DNA of 64,000 bases from Candidatus Kuenenbacteria bacterium (GCA_013202715.1 JABMRF010000023.1:2327-66326), one strand, 5' to 3'. Shown: positions 1 through 9,593, counted from the first letter of the stretch. Program-made: numbers and translations. The notes: generated from the letters alone by a model not told the origin.

Positions 1-1139
1 GTAAATCCTGTTAGATCTGTAAAAACAACTGTGCCTTCAATTTCTTCTGCAACTAATTTACCTCGAATCATTTTCTCAGCAACGTGCTGAGGCACCATTG
101 TATAAAGAAGTTTTTCAGTTTCACCGCGCCAATGTTCAGCCTCACCCTTTGCTTCGTTCAACTGACGGGTTCTCTCAACCACTTTATCTTCCAAAGTTTC
201 TACGTAATTTCGAATTGTTGAAAGTTGCGACTCAATCCCCTCTCGATAAGCCTTTTTCGAAATAAAAGAATGAATGGTCAGCTGATAAATCTTGCGCATG
301 AAGCTGAGAGGCTGCCATTCTATTTTGTAAACAAAATAAGGCGCATTAAAAATCTGTTCTTTTTTTAATTCAAGTTTTTCATTAATTTTTAAATCTTTGG
401 TAATTAAAATTCCAATTTTAAATGTATCCAGTTTGTCGTTTGTATCTATTTCACGATATTTTCCGATAAAAAGTGGCTCTCCGTTTGCAAGCTCTGACAA
501 CAAAACAACGCGATGACCTATTTCGAGATCATCAATAAAAATTTTATTATTCTCCCATCGAATCGATTCCCCAGAAAAACGACCAACTTTTTCCAATAAA
601 CGCTCCAAATTATATTCAAAAAGAGGCTCTTCCACTTTTGCATACGGTAAATGCCAAATCTTCGGAACGCCGGCCAAAATTCCTTTTATAAATGAATCGC
701 TAGCAAAATCATCAACAGGATTAACATTATTTTTAAATTTAATTTTTATATAACAGTGATCCTTACCCGGTTTGCAGACAATCAAATCCTTGGTGCGATT
801 AAAAAACTCGTTATATTTTCCAACTTGTTTGTAAACTTCGATCGGACCGAAAATCACACTACCAAATACTTTTTGCAAATATTTAAATGCACCCCAGGAC
901 TCCAGTTCCTGAGCTGACAGGCCCATTTTGTACGGCGCTTCCGGATCTTTTAGAAGTTCTATCGCACGTTGAATAATTTGAGCATAAACTTCCAAGGGAA
1001 TCCAGTTATGCTCATCTTTCAAATACTCAACCGAATAAGGTAAATCTTCCAACAACAAAGCATCGCTACCGACAATTTGTTGCACATAGCGAGCGATAAT
1101 TGTTACATTTCGACAACAGACGTTGTTTTCTTGGGGCAT
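1..1139 (-). CDS. Class III adenylate/guanylate cyclase with N-terminal H-NOX/V4R-like sensory domain (partial, runs off left edge; not in ORF track)
   Basis: Manual translation from ATG at 1139 is open for 379 codons: MPQENNVCCRNVTII...LEDKVVERTRQL (signalling helix)...TEKLLYTMVPQHVAEKM...TVVFTDLTGFT (first metal-binding motif of class III cyclases). Confidence 0.85.
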   Translation of the reverse strand, partial: MPQENNVCCRNVTIIARYVQQIVGSDALLLEDLPYSVEYLKDEHNWIPLEVYAQIIQRAIELLKDPEAPYKMGLSAQELESWGAFKYLQKVFGSVIFGPIEVYKQVGKYNEFFNRTKDLIVCKPGKDHCYIKIKFKNNVNPVDDFASDSFIKGILAGVPKIWHLPYAKVEEPLFEYNLERLLEKVGRFSGESIRWENNKIFIDDLEIGHRVVLLSELANGEPLFIGKYREIDTNDKLDTFKIGILITKDLKINEKLELKKEQIFNAPYFVYKIEWQPLSFMRKIYQLTIHSFISKKAYREGIESQLSTIRNYVETLEDKVVERTRQLNEAKGEAEHWRGETEKLLYTMVPQHVAEKMIRGKLVAEEIEGTVVFTDLTGF

Positions 1140-1263
1140 ATAATAATGCGAATATGAGGACTTATGCGAATAAAATAACCTGTAATTCGCATATTCGTGG
1201 CATTCGCATCAATCTAGTTCACTTCAATCTTACCCAATTTTCGTGATTTAGTCAAAAGCTTAC

Positions 1264-1292
1264 TTGACTATCTCAAAATAATAAACTAAACT
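1264..1292 (+). promoter_or_regulatory. sigma70-type promoter TTGACT-N17-TAAACT
   Basis: Consensus-like hexamers, 17-bp spacer, followed by AGGAGG SD and ATG at 1338. Confidence 0.65.
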
Positions 1293-1337
1293 CAAACTGT
1301 TCATGAATCGGTCGTTTCACAGCAAAAGGAGGTTGAG

Positions 1338-2402
1338 ATGAACAAAGTCTTTGATGCAAAAAAACTTCTTGTGGATGTTTTCAATCCACTAAAAACCGAC
1401 GTTGTCGCGTTTTTGATTGATCTACCGCATCAAACGTGCGCGGACAATGAAGATTGGCAAGACAGAAGAAAAATGGCTCTTGAGTGGCATCGAGCTATGA
1501 GAGAGCTGGCGCTGGATCGCGGGTTTACAGTTATTCCACCGGTCTATTTTCCAGCAACCGGCATAAACAGTGGACCGTTGCCAGACGAAATCGTTCAAAT
1601 CCTAAGGGGTTGTACACTGGGAATTGCCATGACTGAATTTTCCGCATCCGGTCCGCTTGCAAACCTTTGCAAAGAAGATGAGATTCTCCGTGTGGCTTCC
1701 ATGCCCGGTGTATTGCGCCGAATGGAACGCTCTGCGCTTGGTGCGGATTACAGCATAGTCCAGGATCGGTGCCGACTGCTCGGCAAAATCATGCAGGACG
1801 CGGTCAGTTGCCGAGTAAAATTTTCCAGTTCCAGCAATCACGAGTGTACTTTTGATCTACGTTTCCGCGATGCGCACGAAGACAACGGCCTTTTGCACTT
1901 CGGAAAAAGTGGCATCATCAACCTTCCTTCCGGCGAAGTTTACAAGACTCCGTATGAAGGAGAAAATTCTGATGAAGTTTCTGAAACCAACGGTTATCTA
2001 CCGGTGACATTCAACGGTGAAACGGTTATCTTCGAAGTTCGTGAAAACAAAATTGTTGACGTCACCGGCCACATGGACGGCGTCAGACATTTCCTGGCCT
2101 TCTTCGAGGCTGACCCTGCTCGCAGAAACATTGCTGAATGTGCCTTTGGTGTCAACGACGACGCCATCGTCACCGGCAATGTGCTCGAAGATGAAAAAGC
2201 CGGCTTCCATTGGGCGTACGGCCTCAGCACCCATCTGGGCGGAACTGTAGGACCAGATGCTTTCAATTCACCTGAAACTCAGGTTCACGAAGATTACGTT
2301 TACGCCAAAGAAAGTCCGATCCAGGTTACGAGTGCCGTACTTATCGGCAAGTCCGGCGCAGAAGTAGTTATCATAGAGGATGGCGAGTACGTCATTTTCT
2401 AG
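1338..2402 (+). CDS. M29-family (aminopeptidase T/II-like) metallopeptidase
   Basis: NLPSGEVY, RNIAECAFGVN, EDEKAGFHWAYG and H-x-D motifs; strong SD. Confidence 0.75.
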   Translation: MNKVFDAKKLLVDVFNPLKTDVVAFLIDLPHQTCADNEDWQDRRKMALEWHRAMRELALDRGFTVIPPVYFPATGINSGPLPDEIVQILRGCTLGIAMTEFSASGPLANLCKEDEILRVASMPGVLRRMERSALGADYSIVQDRCRLLGKIMQDAVSCRVKFSSSSNHECTFDLRFRDAHEDNGLLHFGKSGIINLPSGEVYKTPYEGENSDEVSETNGYLPVTFNGETVIFEVRENKIVDVTGHMDGVRHFLAFFEADPARRNIAECAFGVNDDAIVTGNVLEDEKAGFHWAYGLSTHLGGTVGPDAFNSPETQVHEDYVYAKESPIQVTSAVLIGKSGAEVVIIEDGEYVIF

Positions 2403-2410
2403 AAAAAATA

Positions 2411-2436
2411 ACCACCGAAACAGTTCGGTGGTTTTT
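2411..2436 (+). terminator. Intrinsic terminator
   Basis: ACCACCGAA-acag-TTCGGTGGT followed by a T-tract. Confidence 0.75.
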
Positions 2437-2479
2437 AAATTAAAAATGCCCAAACAACGTTATGTCTGGGCTTTTTTCA

Positions 2480-2872
2480 TTAATATTGAGCAGGTGGGAA
2501 CGACCGACGAGCTTCAGAGGTTTCCTCACCCTTGGGCTTTGGCTTGGGCAAGAGCGCCTCCTGCTTTTCGCCGGCTCTGTCAGAGTACACATCGCACTCC
2601 TCGAAGAGACTGCAGTCGAGGTAGTATACCGCCTCATCTCCAGCATCATTTTTGACTTTCACTTCAGAATAGGCAAAGAAGTTCTTGTCTACCGAAACGA
2701 TCTTTTCAGCTGAATCGTCAGTCTCCTGAATGGCGCTCAGAGCATCAGCTCGAGAAAACCAACGATTTGCCATTACTGTTGGACCAACGAATATAACACA
2801 ACTTCCGATGCATAGAATTGCCATCACGATCATCATCTCAGCCAAAGTAAAACCGGCTTCTCCCCTTCGCAT
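2480..2872 (-). CDS. Type IV prepilin-like protein
   Basis: MRRGEAG|FTLAEMMIVMAIL class III signal peptide (G|F-x-x-x-E) plus hydrophobic helix; AAGGAGG SD. Confidence 0.75.
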   Translation of the reverse strand: MRRGEAGFTLAEMMIVMAILCIGSCVIFVGPTVMANRWFSRADALSAIQETDDSAEKIVSVDKNFFAYSEVKVKNDAGDEAVYYLDCSLFEECDVYSDRAGEKQEALLPKPKPKGEETSEARRSFPPAQY

Positions 2873-2915
2873 CTCTTCCTCCTTGTGCGCGTTAAAACGA
2901 AAACACTAAACCACG

Positions 2916-3212
2916 TTACCAATTGTCGCTACTGCCCATCGGATCACTGAATGGATCCAGTGGATTATCAAGCTTTAGCGGATCCTTGATCGGATTCAGA
3001 GGATCTTGGAACATTCCCCAGCCACCATTGTCGTTATTTGGAGTCTGAGGTTGACTATATTCGGACGTGACTGCATTGTTTTTTGGAACCAACTGAACTT
3101 CTCCAGCTGCTATTTTGAAAACAAAAATAATGAACGCCCAGAGCAAAAACAAAACAAAAAGGGCCAAAAAAACATTCCAACTTGTCAGCCATCGCTTCCA
3201 GTCTTTTTTCAT
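2916..3212 (-). CDS. Hypothetical single-TM protein with D/P-rich DPL repeats
   Basis: GGAGG SD before ATG 3212 (MKKDWKRW); TM helix; promoter at 3249-3277. Confidence 0.65.
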   Translation of the reverse strand: MKKDWKRWLTSWNVFLALFVLFLLWAFIIFVFKIAAGEVQLVPKNNAVTSEYSQPQTPNNDNGGWGMFQDPLNPIKDPLKLDNPLDPFSDPMGSSDNW

Positions 3213-3248
3213 TTTTTCCTCCCAATTCAAAGAACTATCGATTAGACT

Positions 3249-3277
3249 AATTTAGCAAATAAAAAACAGGCTGTCAA
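3249..3277 (-). promoter_or_regulatory. sigma70-type promoter TTGACA-N17-TAAATT
   Basis: Perfect -35, 17-bp spacer, TG extension. Confidence 0.7.
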
Positions 3278-3303
3278 GTGAAGCCTGATTTAAATTAAAT
3301 TTC

Positions 3304-3399
3304 ACCCCACTTCAGTGGGCTACGCACGTTATTAAATACCACGAACAGCGATTAACCACGCGCCGGGTATCGTATCCGGTTAAAACCGGGCAAAATTTA
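3304..3399. repeat. Direct repeat copy 1 flanking RAYT gene (starts with CCCAC-TTCA-GTGGG hairpin)
   Basis: Near-identical to 3973-4077; includes the RAYT stop codon. Confidence 0.9.
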
Positions 3400-3954
3400 T
3401 TTTATTTTTTCTACCTTTTCCATATCTGCCACAAACGCCTCCTCTGTTTCTAAATCAATATCCAGTGCAATCGTATTAAGAATCAAATTATCAATATATT
3501 CCAATCCATACCTCTTAACCAATTCTTGATAACTTGAAAATCCGTATTGATACAACTTTAACAAATTTTTTACTAAACCATGTTTGTACGGGTTTCCCAA
3601 TATATAACCCAAGACATTAAAAAATGATTTTTCTGTTAAAATTTGTTTTGCCCATCTTTCATTCCACATTCCTCTTCTTTCAAATCCTTGCTTTCGATTT
3701 AACAAAAACGTACTTCCTCCATTTACAATTTGTAAAAATTTTGGAACATCACGCCAATGAGAACTTTTAATTAATATATGATAATGATTAGATAAAATCA
3801 CATACCCATAAATTTTTATACCGAATTTCTTTTGAGCTTTTCTAATTTGCAACTTAATTATCTGTTTTGCGTAATCCTCAACAAAAAACTTGTAGGCTCC
3901 AATAGTCCTACAAGTTATAAAATAAATATTTCCCGTATAATACACGTACCCCAT
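3397..3954 (-). mobile_element. REP-associated tyrosine transposase (RAYT, IS200/Y1 HUH family)
   Basis: YFITCRT, GYVILSNHYHILI (HUH motif), YILGNPYKHGLV...Y.FSSY. Confidence 0.85.
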
Positions 3955-3972
3955 ATAGACTAATTTTTATTT

Positions 3973-4077
3973 ACCCCACTTCAGTGGGATACGCACGCCA
4001 CGCACGTTCTTAAATACCACGAACAGCGATTAACCACGCGCCGGGTATCGTATCCGGTTAAAACTGGGCAAAATTTA
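3973..4077. repeat. Direct repeat copy 2 flanking RAYT gene (9-bp internal duplication)
   Basis: Matches 3304-3399; includes the stop codon of the ZIP gene. Confidence 0.9.
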
Positions 4078-4824
4078 CTCTAAAAACACCAGCCCAGCCA
4101 TAATCGCAATACCCAAAATCAACATTAATAATTGATATAGAGAATTACACCACTTACATTCCTTGTGAAGCTCGGGAATCAAATCAGATCCGGCAATATA
4201 GACAAATCCACCACCGGCGATTGCTAATAAAACCAATTCAAGTCCAGGAACTGAATTTGAAATTAATAAAGTAATCACCGCGCCCAGGATTGCCAAGGCT
4301 GCTGAGAGAAAATTAAAAAGTAATGCTTTCGCTTTTGAAAATCCGGCGTAAAGCAAAACGCCGAAGTCGCCAATCTCCTGCGGGACTTCGTGAAGGATTA
4401 CAGCCACAGTTGTCGCAATTCCAACAGGAAGACTAACCATAAAAGCGGCCGCAATAATTACGCCGTCCAGAAAATTATGAAATCCATCACCAACCAAATT
4501 TGTAATGGCGAGCGGTTTAAGCTTGTGCTCATGGCTATGATCAACGTGATGGCAGTGATGCCAGTGCACAAACTTTTCTATTATAAAAAAGATAACTATG
4601 CCAAGCAGAAAATATAATCCAATTTGATATGAAAAACCGTGTTCCTCAGTTATTTTCGGAATAATGTGCAAAAACACATCGCCAAGTAGCGCACCGACAG
4701 AAAAACTTACAAAGTATAATAAAAAATGTTCAAGTTTATTCTTTTTCACAACCAAAACCAAGGCTCCGACAAAGGAGATCAGACTAACAATGCAAACACT
4801 TGTAATTGTATATAACCAAATCAT
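4075..4824 (-). CDS. ZIP-family zinc/divalent metal transporter
   Basis: His-rich loop HWHHCHHVDHSHEH; GDGFHNFLDG and HEVPQEIGDF motifs. Confidence 0.92.
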   Translation of the reverse strand: MIWLYTITSVCIVSLISFVGALVLVVKKNKLEHFLLYFVSFSVGALLGDVFLHIIPKITEEHGFSYQIGLYFLLGIVIFFIIEKFVHWHHCHHVDHSHEHKLKPLAITNLVGDGFHNFLDGVIIAAAFMVSLPVGIATTVAVILHEVPQEIGDFGVLLYAGFSKAKALLFNFLSAALAILGAVITLLISNSVPGLELVLLAIAGGGFVYIAGSDLIPELHKECKWCNSLYQLLMLILGIAIMAGLVFLE

Positions 4825-4826
4825 AT

Positions 4827-5942
4827 TTAACTTTTTTTCTTTTTAACTTTAACTAAAAAGTGAGCAGCAATAACCGTCGCAATTGGCACTGCTAATATAA
4901 GCCCAATACTACCGGTCAAAGTTCGCACGATCTCTGTGGCAATAACCTCATTATTTAAAACCTGAGATAAACTTACGGAAGAATCAGACCTTGTACTAAA
5001 TAATAGCAACAATGGAAGTGATGCGCCAGCGTAGGCAAGAAACAGAGTATTGGTCATCGAACTGATATGATCCACGCCAACCTTGATCCCCCGCTTAAAA
5101 AGCTCGTAATGAGTGAGGTGATGACTGGCCAACTTAATTTGCTCAATCGTAGAAATCTGACTGATAACAACGTCATCCAAAACACCCAAAGTACCAATTA
5201 TTATTCCAGCTAGCAATAAGCCTTGAAAATTAATCGCAATTCCGCCAGCTCCAACCAAAAACATAGCATCATCCTGCGCTAAACCGGACAAGGCGGTTAG
5301 CTTTGTAAATATTATTGATAATATTCCGGTTATTACTAAACTTATCGCAATGCTCACAACCGCGATATGGGCTTTACGTTTGATTCCCCAAGTAATATAC
5401 ACAATTGCGCCCAAAATCGCAACTGACCCAATAATTGAAACCAAAAGCGGACTGTGCCCGGCCATAATCAAAGGAATTATAAACCACATTATTATTAAAA
5501 ATGTCACAACTAAGCTGATCAACGCTTTGACGCCCTTTCCTTTTCCAACAACGATAATCAAAACCGCAAAAAGCAAAGCCAAAAAATAAAGCCATCCGCG
5601 CCGAACATGATCTGTAACATAATACACCTCTTCTCCGTCTACATTAGTGGAGGCAGTTAGAACGACTTTGTCTCCTTTTTTAGCTGTAACGCTTTTGATG
5701 AGATCAAGGTCATTGATTCCCTCGTAAATAACCTCTTGATCTTCCCATCTCCCCTCTAATCCTATTAGCTTTAAGTTTTGTTGAACAAATTCTGAGCCAT
5801 CCTCACGAGTAACAATATTCTCGTCCATAATTTCAATAACTTTAGCTTCAAAAAGCTGATCTTGGACACTTACTCCCTGCGCAAACACAAAACTTGGCAG
5901 GATTAAACTTACCAAAAATATTAGAATGAATAGTTTTTTCAT
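4827..5942 (-). CDS. YibE/F-family membrane protein
   Basis: GIIIGTLGVLDDV, NTLFLAYAGASLP and EIVRTLTGSIGL motifs. Confidence 0.9.
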   Translation of the reverse strand: MKKLFILIFLVSLILPSFVFAQGVSVQDQLFEAKVIEIMDENIVTREDGSEFVQQNLKLIGLEGRWEDQEVIYEGINDLDLIKSVTAKKGDKVVLTASTNVDGEEVYYVTDHVRRGWLYFLALLFAVLIIVVGKGKGVKALISLVVTFLIIMWFIIPLIMAGHSPLLVSIIGSVAILGAIVYITWGIKRKAHIAVVSIAISLVITGILSIIFTKLTALSGLAQDDAMFLVGAGGIAINFQGLLLAGIIIGTLGVLDDVVISQISTIEQIKLASHHLTHYELFKRGIKVGVDHISSMTNTLFLAYAGASLPLLLLFSTRSDSSVSLSQVLNNEVIATEIVRTLTGSIGLILAVPIATVIAAHFLVKVKKKKS

Positions 5943-6056
5943 ATGAATAAATTATAGCAAGTTGAGATAAAAAAAGCGAATTAAGCGAACTTAGTGAATT
6001 AAGTTAATTTCCTTTAGGGGAAATTTTTTAATTCCAAGCAATATTCTCTCGATTAA

Positions 6057-6075
6057 CCTGCCTACCGCAGGCAGG
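6057..6075. repeat. CCTGCC-type mini palindrome
   Basis: CCTGCCT-accgc-AGGCAGG sitting in the loop of a TCTCGA/TCGAGA hairpin. Confidence 0.7.
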
Positions 6076-6100
6076 CTCGAGATCTGCGAGGAGGAACAAA

Positions 6101-6874
6101 ATGAGAGAAAAGACACTGAGCAAAGAGCAGTTCCTGGCCCAGTACGTGTTCAACCCCAAACTGGCCCGGCACCTCGGGCTGGAGTTGGAGCTCTGGACCG
6201 TTGATCCACAAACTGGGGTACTTATCCCAGCCGCGATTGATGTATTCCAGGAAATCCCTTGTGGGAGTAGATTCAAACCAGAATTACCAGCACACCAGAT
6301 TGAGTACAATTCAGAGCCATGTGAAACAATGCTTGACCTGAAGAAAGATCTGGAACTTGCCTTTGCTGAAATTCGCGGGTTTGAAAAACGGTTCAAATTC
6401 AAAACTGTGTGTCAATCCTTGCCACCAAGTGAGTTTGAACTAACCGTATATCCGAAACCAAGGTATTTGCAAATCATCGAGCAGATTCCCGCTGAGCGCT
6501 TGCGCAATGCGTGGATTGCGGCAACACACATTCACTACGGACTGGAATCTTTTGAACACGGGATCAAACTGCTCAATCACTTCCGAGACAAGATTGATTT
6601 GATCGGTGAGTTGTCCGGCGTAGAGCCAGAGAGAATGGCCATTTACAAAAAAATGGCCGGCACAATTGAACCACCTATCATTGAAGACACTGACCACTTC
6701 TACAAGATCGCGCTTGAACAAGGATTCCTCACAGATCCGCGCCAGTGCTGGTGGTTAGTGAGAATTAACCCAATCGGAACCTTGGAGATAAGAATCTTCA
6801 AGGCAACTAGCGACATCAGCGAGTTGATTGGCTTTGCTGCTCTGGTAAAAGCGTTCATTTCAGAAGCAGGTTAA
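6101..6874 (+). CDS. Glutamate--cysteine ligase family 2 (GCS2/YbdK-like) carboxylate-amine ligase
   Basis: LGLELELW, PELPAHQIEYNSEP, THIHYG, WWLVRINPIGTLEIRIF; GAGGAGG SD. Confidence 0.8.
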   Translation: MREKTLSKEQFLAQYVFNPKLARHLGLELELWTVDPQTGVLIPAAIDVFQEIPCGSRFKPELPAHQIEYNSEPCETMLDLKKDLELAFAEIRGFEKRFKFKTVCQSLPPSEFELTVYPKPRYLQIIEQIPAERLRNAWIAATHIHYGLESFEHGIKLLNHFRDKIDLIGELSGVEPERMAIYKKMAGTIEPPIIEDTDHFYKIALEQGFLTDPRQCWWLVRINPIGTLEIRIFKATSDISELIGFAALVKAFISEAG

Positions 6875-6879
6875 ATCAC

Positions 6880-6912
6880 AATCCCCCAATCACATCGTTG
6901 GGGGATTTTTTA
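6880..6912 (+). terminator. Intrinsic terminator (related to 7266-7299)
   Basis: AATCCCCCAA...TTGGGGGATT plus T-tract. Confidence 0.75.
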
Positions 6913-6933
6913 TTTATCCCGCAAATGGCGGGA

Positions 6934-6962
6934 TTGACAAACAAAAGAAATGAAGCTAAAGT
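6934..6962 (+). promoter_or_regulatory. sigma70-type promoter TTGACA-N17-TAAAGT
   Basis: -35 abuts an ATCCCGC..GCGGGAT hairpin. Confidence 0.65.
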
Positions 6963-7039
6963 ATCCATGAAAGCAAATTTAATAAAAGCCCTTCTTCGCT
7001 CTATACTTTGTCAGAGCTACGAAGGACGCAGGAGGCAAC

Positions 7040-7234
7040 ATGAACCCAGTAATATCGATTTTGCTTATCATTGCTTTTTATTACTTTGCTTCACTATCCT
7101 CAAGACTTCTTGGCGAAAGTCAGGCAGATCCAGCTTCCATAGTGCTTAAACAAAAGGCCCACTCAGCACTTACAGTCGCAATTATTATATTATTGATATT
7201 GGTCTGGCAGGTGATCGTAATTGTGACCTCGTGA
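7040..7234 (+). CDS. Small two-TM hypothetical protein
   Basis: AGGAGG SD, own promoter and terminator, two hydrophobic helices. Confidence 0.65.
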   Translation: MNPVISILLIIAFYYFASLSSRLLGESQADPASIVLKQKAHSALTVAIIILLILVWQVIVIVTS

Positions 7235-7265
7235 CTTGCCTTATTCGTGACAATTTGAACAACAC

Positions 7266-7299
7266 AATTCCCCAACTACATTGTTGGGGAATTTTTTTT
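7266..7299 (+). terminator. Intrinsic terminator overlapping the next promoter
   Basis: AATTCCCCAAC-tacatt-GTTGGGGAATT plus T-tract running into TTGACA. Confidence 0.75.
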
Positions 7300-7326
7300 G
7301 ACATTTCGCAAAGAATAAACTAACCT
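7298..7326 (+). promoter_or_regulatory. sigma70-type promoter TTGACA-N17-TAACCT
   Basis: Perfect -35, 17-bp spacer. Confidence 0.65.
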
Positions 7327-7367
7327 CTAATTAGTAGCCCTTTTCAATAAACACCGGAGGTAAACAC

Positions 7368-8144
7368 ATGTTTTCCAGTCAGACAGCAAAAGAATTGCTT
7401 GGACAAGAAGCTTGGGAAGAGGGAAAGGTAATCCCACTCATGGAGGGTCCGTACCGCTACCGCATCATAGTGCATTGCTCCGTTCATGGAAGACAAAAGA
7501 CACAGTTTTCAAACGGAATGCAAAATTACTTTAGCTACATCGAGCTGCTGAACAATGCAGGCCAGTGGATTGAGTCGGGCGCAAACATGGTTCCTGTTTT
7601 GCCTGACGGGCGATTTATCATGGTTGTAGAACAGCGGCCCGCACAAAGTCGGTACAAAACTAACAAAAAGGCCTTGATTCAAGGTAAAACCATTGACCTA
7701 GACGTCTTCGGACCGCACAGCTCTCTGGAATTTCCCGGCGGAGCGGTTGATCCCGGTGAAGGCTTGAAAGCAGGATTTCTGCGTGAACTTCAAGAAGAAA
7801 CTGGAGTAAAAGAACAGACCGCTCTATGCTACCAGAGGATTGCCCCCTGCAATGGCTTTGGCTCAGAGCTTGCGCTCCATACACATTGGGGCGTCATCTA
7901 TCTGTCCGGGCTTAGGTTTGAGAGAGAAGTCGACACAGACGGAGGCCTGAGTGTCATGGCACTGACCAGAGGAGAAGTACAGGCCAACATCTGGAGTGGT
8001 GTTATCACTTCAGGGCAAGGTGGCCTCACTTGCTGGTCATTTTTACAGGAAGTTGAGCAAATCAAAGAAGATCCTGAATTGCAAAAGTATCTGATCGACA
8101 TTGGATATCTCTCGGTGGAAGAGCTTCAGCTAACCAACCTATAA
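7368..8144 (+). CDS. Nudix hydrolase
   Basis: Nudix box GAVDPGEGLKAGFLRELQEETGV; GGAGG SD. Confidence 0.85.
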   Translation: MFSSQTAKELLGQEAWEEGKVIPLMEGPYRYRIIVHCSVHGRQKTQFSNGMQNYFSYIELLNNAGQWIESGANMVPVLPDGRFIMVVEQRPAQSRYKTNKKALIQGKTIDLDVFGPHSSLEFPGGAVDPGEGLKAGFLRELQEETGVKEQTALCYQRIAPCNGFGSELALHTHWGVIYLSGLRFEREVDTDGGLSVMALTRGEVQANIWSGVITSGQGGLTCWSFLQEVEQIKEDPELQKYLIDIGYLSVEELQLTNL

Positions 8145-8225
8145 AACATTTCCCCCTCATCACAGGGGGATTTTTTTGTCCACCCTTGCTAATCTTATTA
8201 TTTCCAGTAAAATGGAAGCAAGCCT

Positions 8226-9410
8226 ATGAAGAAAATTATCAAAATCATAATCGTCATAATACTGATCGGACTGATCGGCTGGTTTTCTGTCGAAAAATTC
8301 AAGGATTTTCAAAAAAATAAAGAAGTACGCGCAGCCAAGCAGGCCATAGATGATAAAATAGATCAATTGATTACCGCGCGCCAAAATGCTGATGTAAACG
8401 CAGAAGACGATCCATTTGGCGATAAAGATAGTCTAAAAATACTTTTACTTGGACTCGATTCTCGAATTGGTGACAAAAACGGTCATTGTGATGCAATTCA
8501 ATTTATTGAAATAAACAAAAAAACAAACCAAATCAATATTACCGCCGTTCCACGCGGAACGTATTCCCCTCTTCCGGAATACAGCCCTATTCCAAGTGAG
8601 TACTATATTTCAAAGGCATGTGAAGTTGGCGGACTGGAATATGGGATTGAACAGATTGAAAAAATTCTTGGTCAAAAAGCTGACTATCTGGTTATGGTTG
8701 GCTTTTCAGAAGCAATCGGAATCTTTCGCAATCTAAATCTACCAACAACTGAGACTCTGCAATGGCTTCGAAATCGTCAGAGCTTTGCGATTGGCGAACC
8801 GCAACGGGCGCATAATCATTCGACTTTTATTAAACAAATGATTGTCAAATTCGCACCAAAAAATAATTCTAAGCTGGACACCACTTGGCAATATTTAATT
8901 TACAAGTTACTAAAAACTGACTTATCATTCACACAAGTCAGATTCATTGCCGACACCGTTCAAAGCATAAAACCTAACGAGTATCCGCAGCGGATTCAGA
9001 CGCACATGAGACCAAGCTATGAAATACAAGAAATTAAGTACGACGAAGTCGCTCCTGGCGAACAAGTCAAAAAGCTGCTTGGCTCAATTGTAGATATTTT
9101 GCCGGAAAATGATTATAGCAACGAGAGCTTGGCCGACATCCAGGGTAGATTATTAAAAAAAATAAACCAAAACATTGATGACAAGGAATTCGTACGCTGG
9201 GCATATGACAATCATCTATGGTTACAAATCGAAGATGATCAAGTTCGGCAAGAAACTCACTTTTCTTTATTAAACAAACATCTAGAAAGCTATGATTCAA
9301 ATGAGGACAAAGAACTTCTGATTAGTGAATATATCATTGCTATGCAAGCGCTGAATTTAGTCGAATGGAAAGACAAAGGCAAGGAACTGTTATTTGAACT
9401 TCAGAAATAA
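8226..9410 (+). CDS. LytR-CpsA-Psr (LCP) family cell-wall glycopolymer ligase-like protein
   Basis: N-terminal TM; ILLLGLDSR..D, AVPRGT, LQWLRNR..R motifs. Confidence 0.75.
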   Translation: MKKIIKIIIVIILIGLIGWFSVEKFKDFQKNKEVRAAKQAIDDKIDQLITARQNADVNAEDDPFGDKDSLKILLLGLDSRIGDKNGHCDAIQFIEINKKTNQINITAVPRGTYSPLPEYSPIPSEYYISKACEVGGLEYGIEQIEKILGQKADYLVMVGFSEAIGIFRNLNLPTTETLQWLRNRQSFAIGEPQRAHNHSTFIKQMIVKFAPKNNSKLDTTWQYLIYKLLKTDLSFTQVRFIADTVQSIKPNEYPQRIQTHMRPSYEIQEIKYDEVAPGEQVKKLLGSIVDILPENDYSNESLADIQGRLLKKINQNIDDKEFVRWAYDNHLWLQIEDDQVRQETHFSLLNKHLESYDSNEDKELLISEYIIAMQALNLVEWKDKGKELLFELQK

Positions 9411-9418
9411 GCTCCGCC

Positions 9419-9447
9419 TTGACTTTCTCAATTATTTGCGATAGTAT
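9419..9447 (+). promoter_or_regulatory. tRNA promoter TTGACT-N17-TAGTAT
   Basis: Consensus-like hexamers upstream of tRNA-Gln. Confidence 0.6.
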
Positions 9448-9519
9448 ATTATTAGTTGTTTTGAGTTTTTATTTCAAAATTTAATTATTTATTGTTCATT
9501 CTTCATTGTTAATTATTAT

Positions 9520-9593
9520 TCGGGGATCGTCTAATGGTAGGACACCTGGTTTTGGTCCAGGCAATCTAGGTTCGATTCCTAGTCCCCGAGCCA
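9520..9593 (+). tRNA. tRNA-Gln(UUG)
   Basis: Cloverleaf: acceptor TCGGGGA/TCCCCGA, anticodon arm CCTGG-TTTTGGT-CCAGG, T-loop TTCGATT, encoded CCA. Confidence 0.95.
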
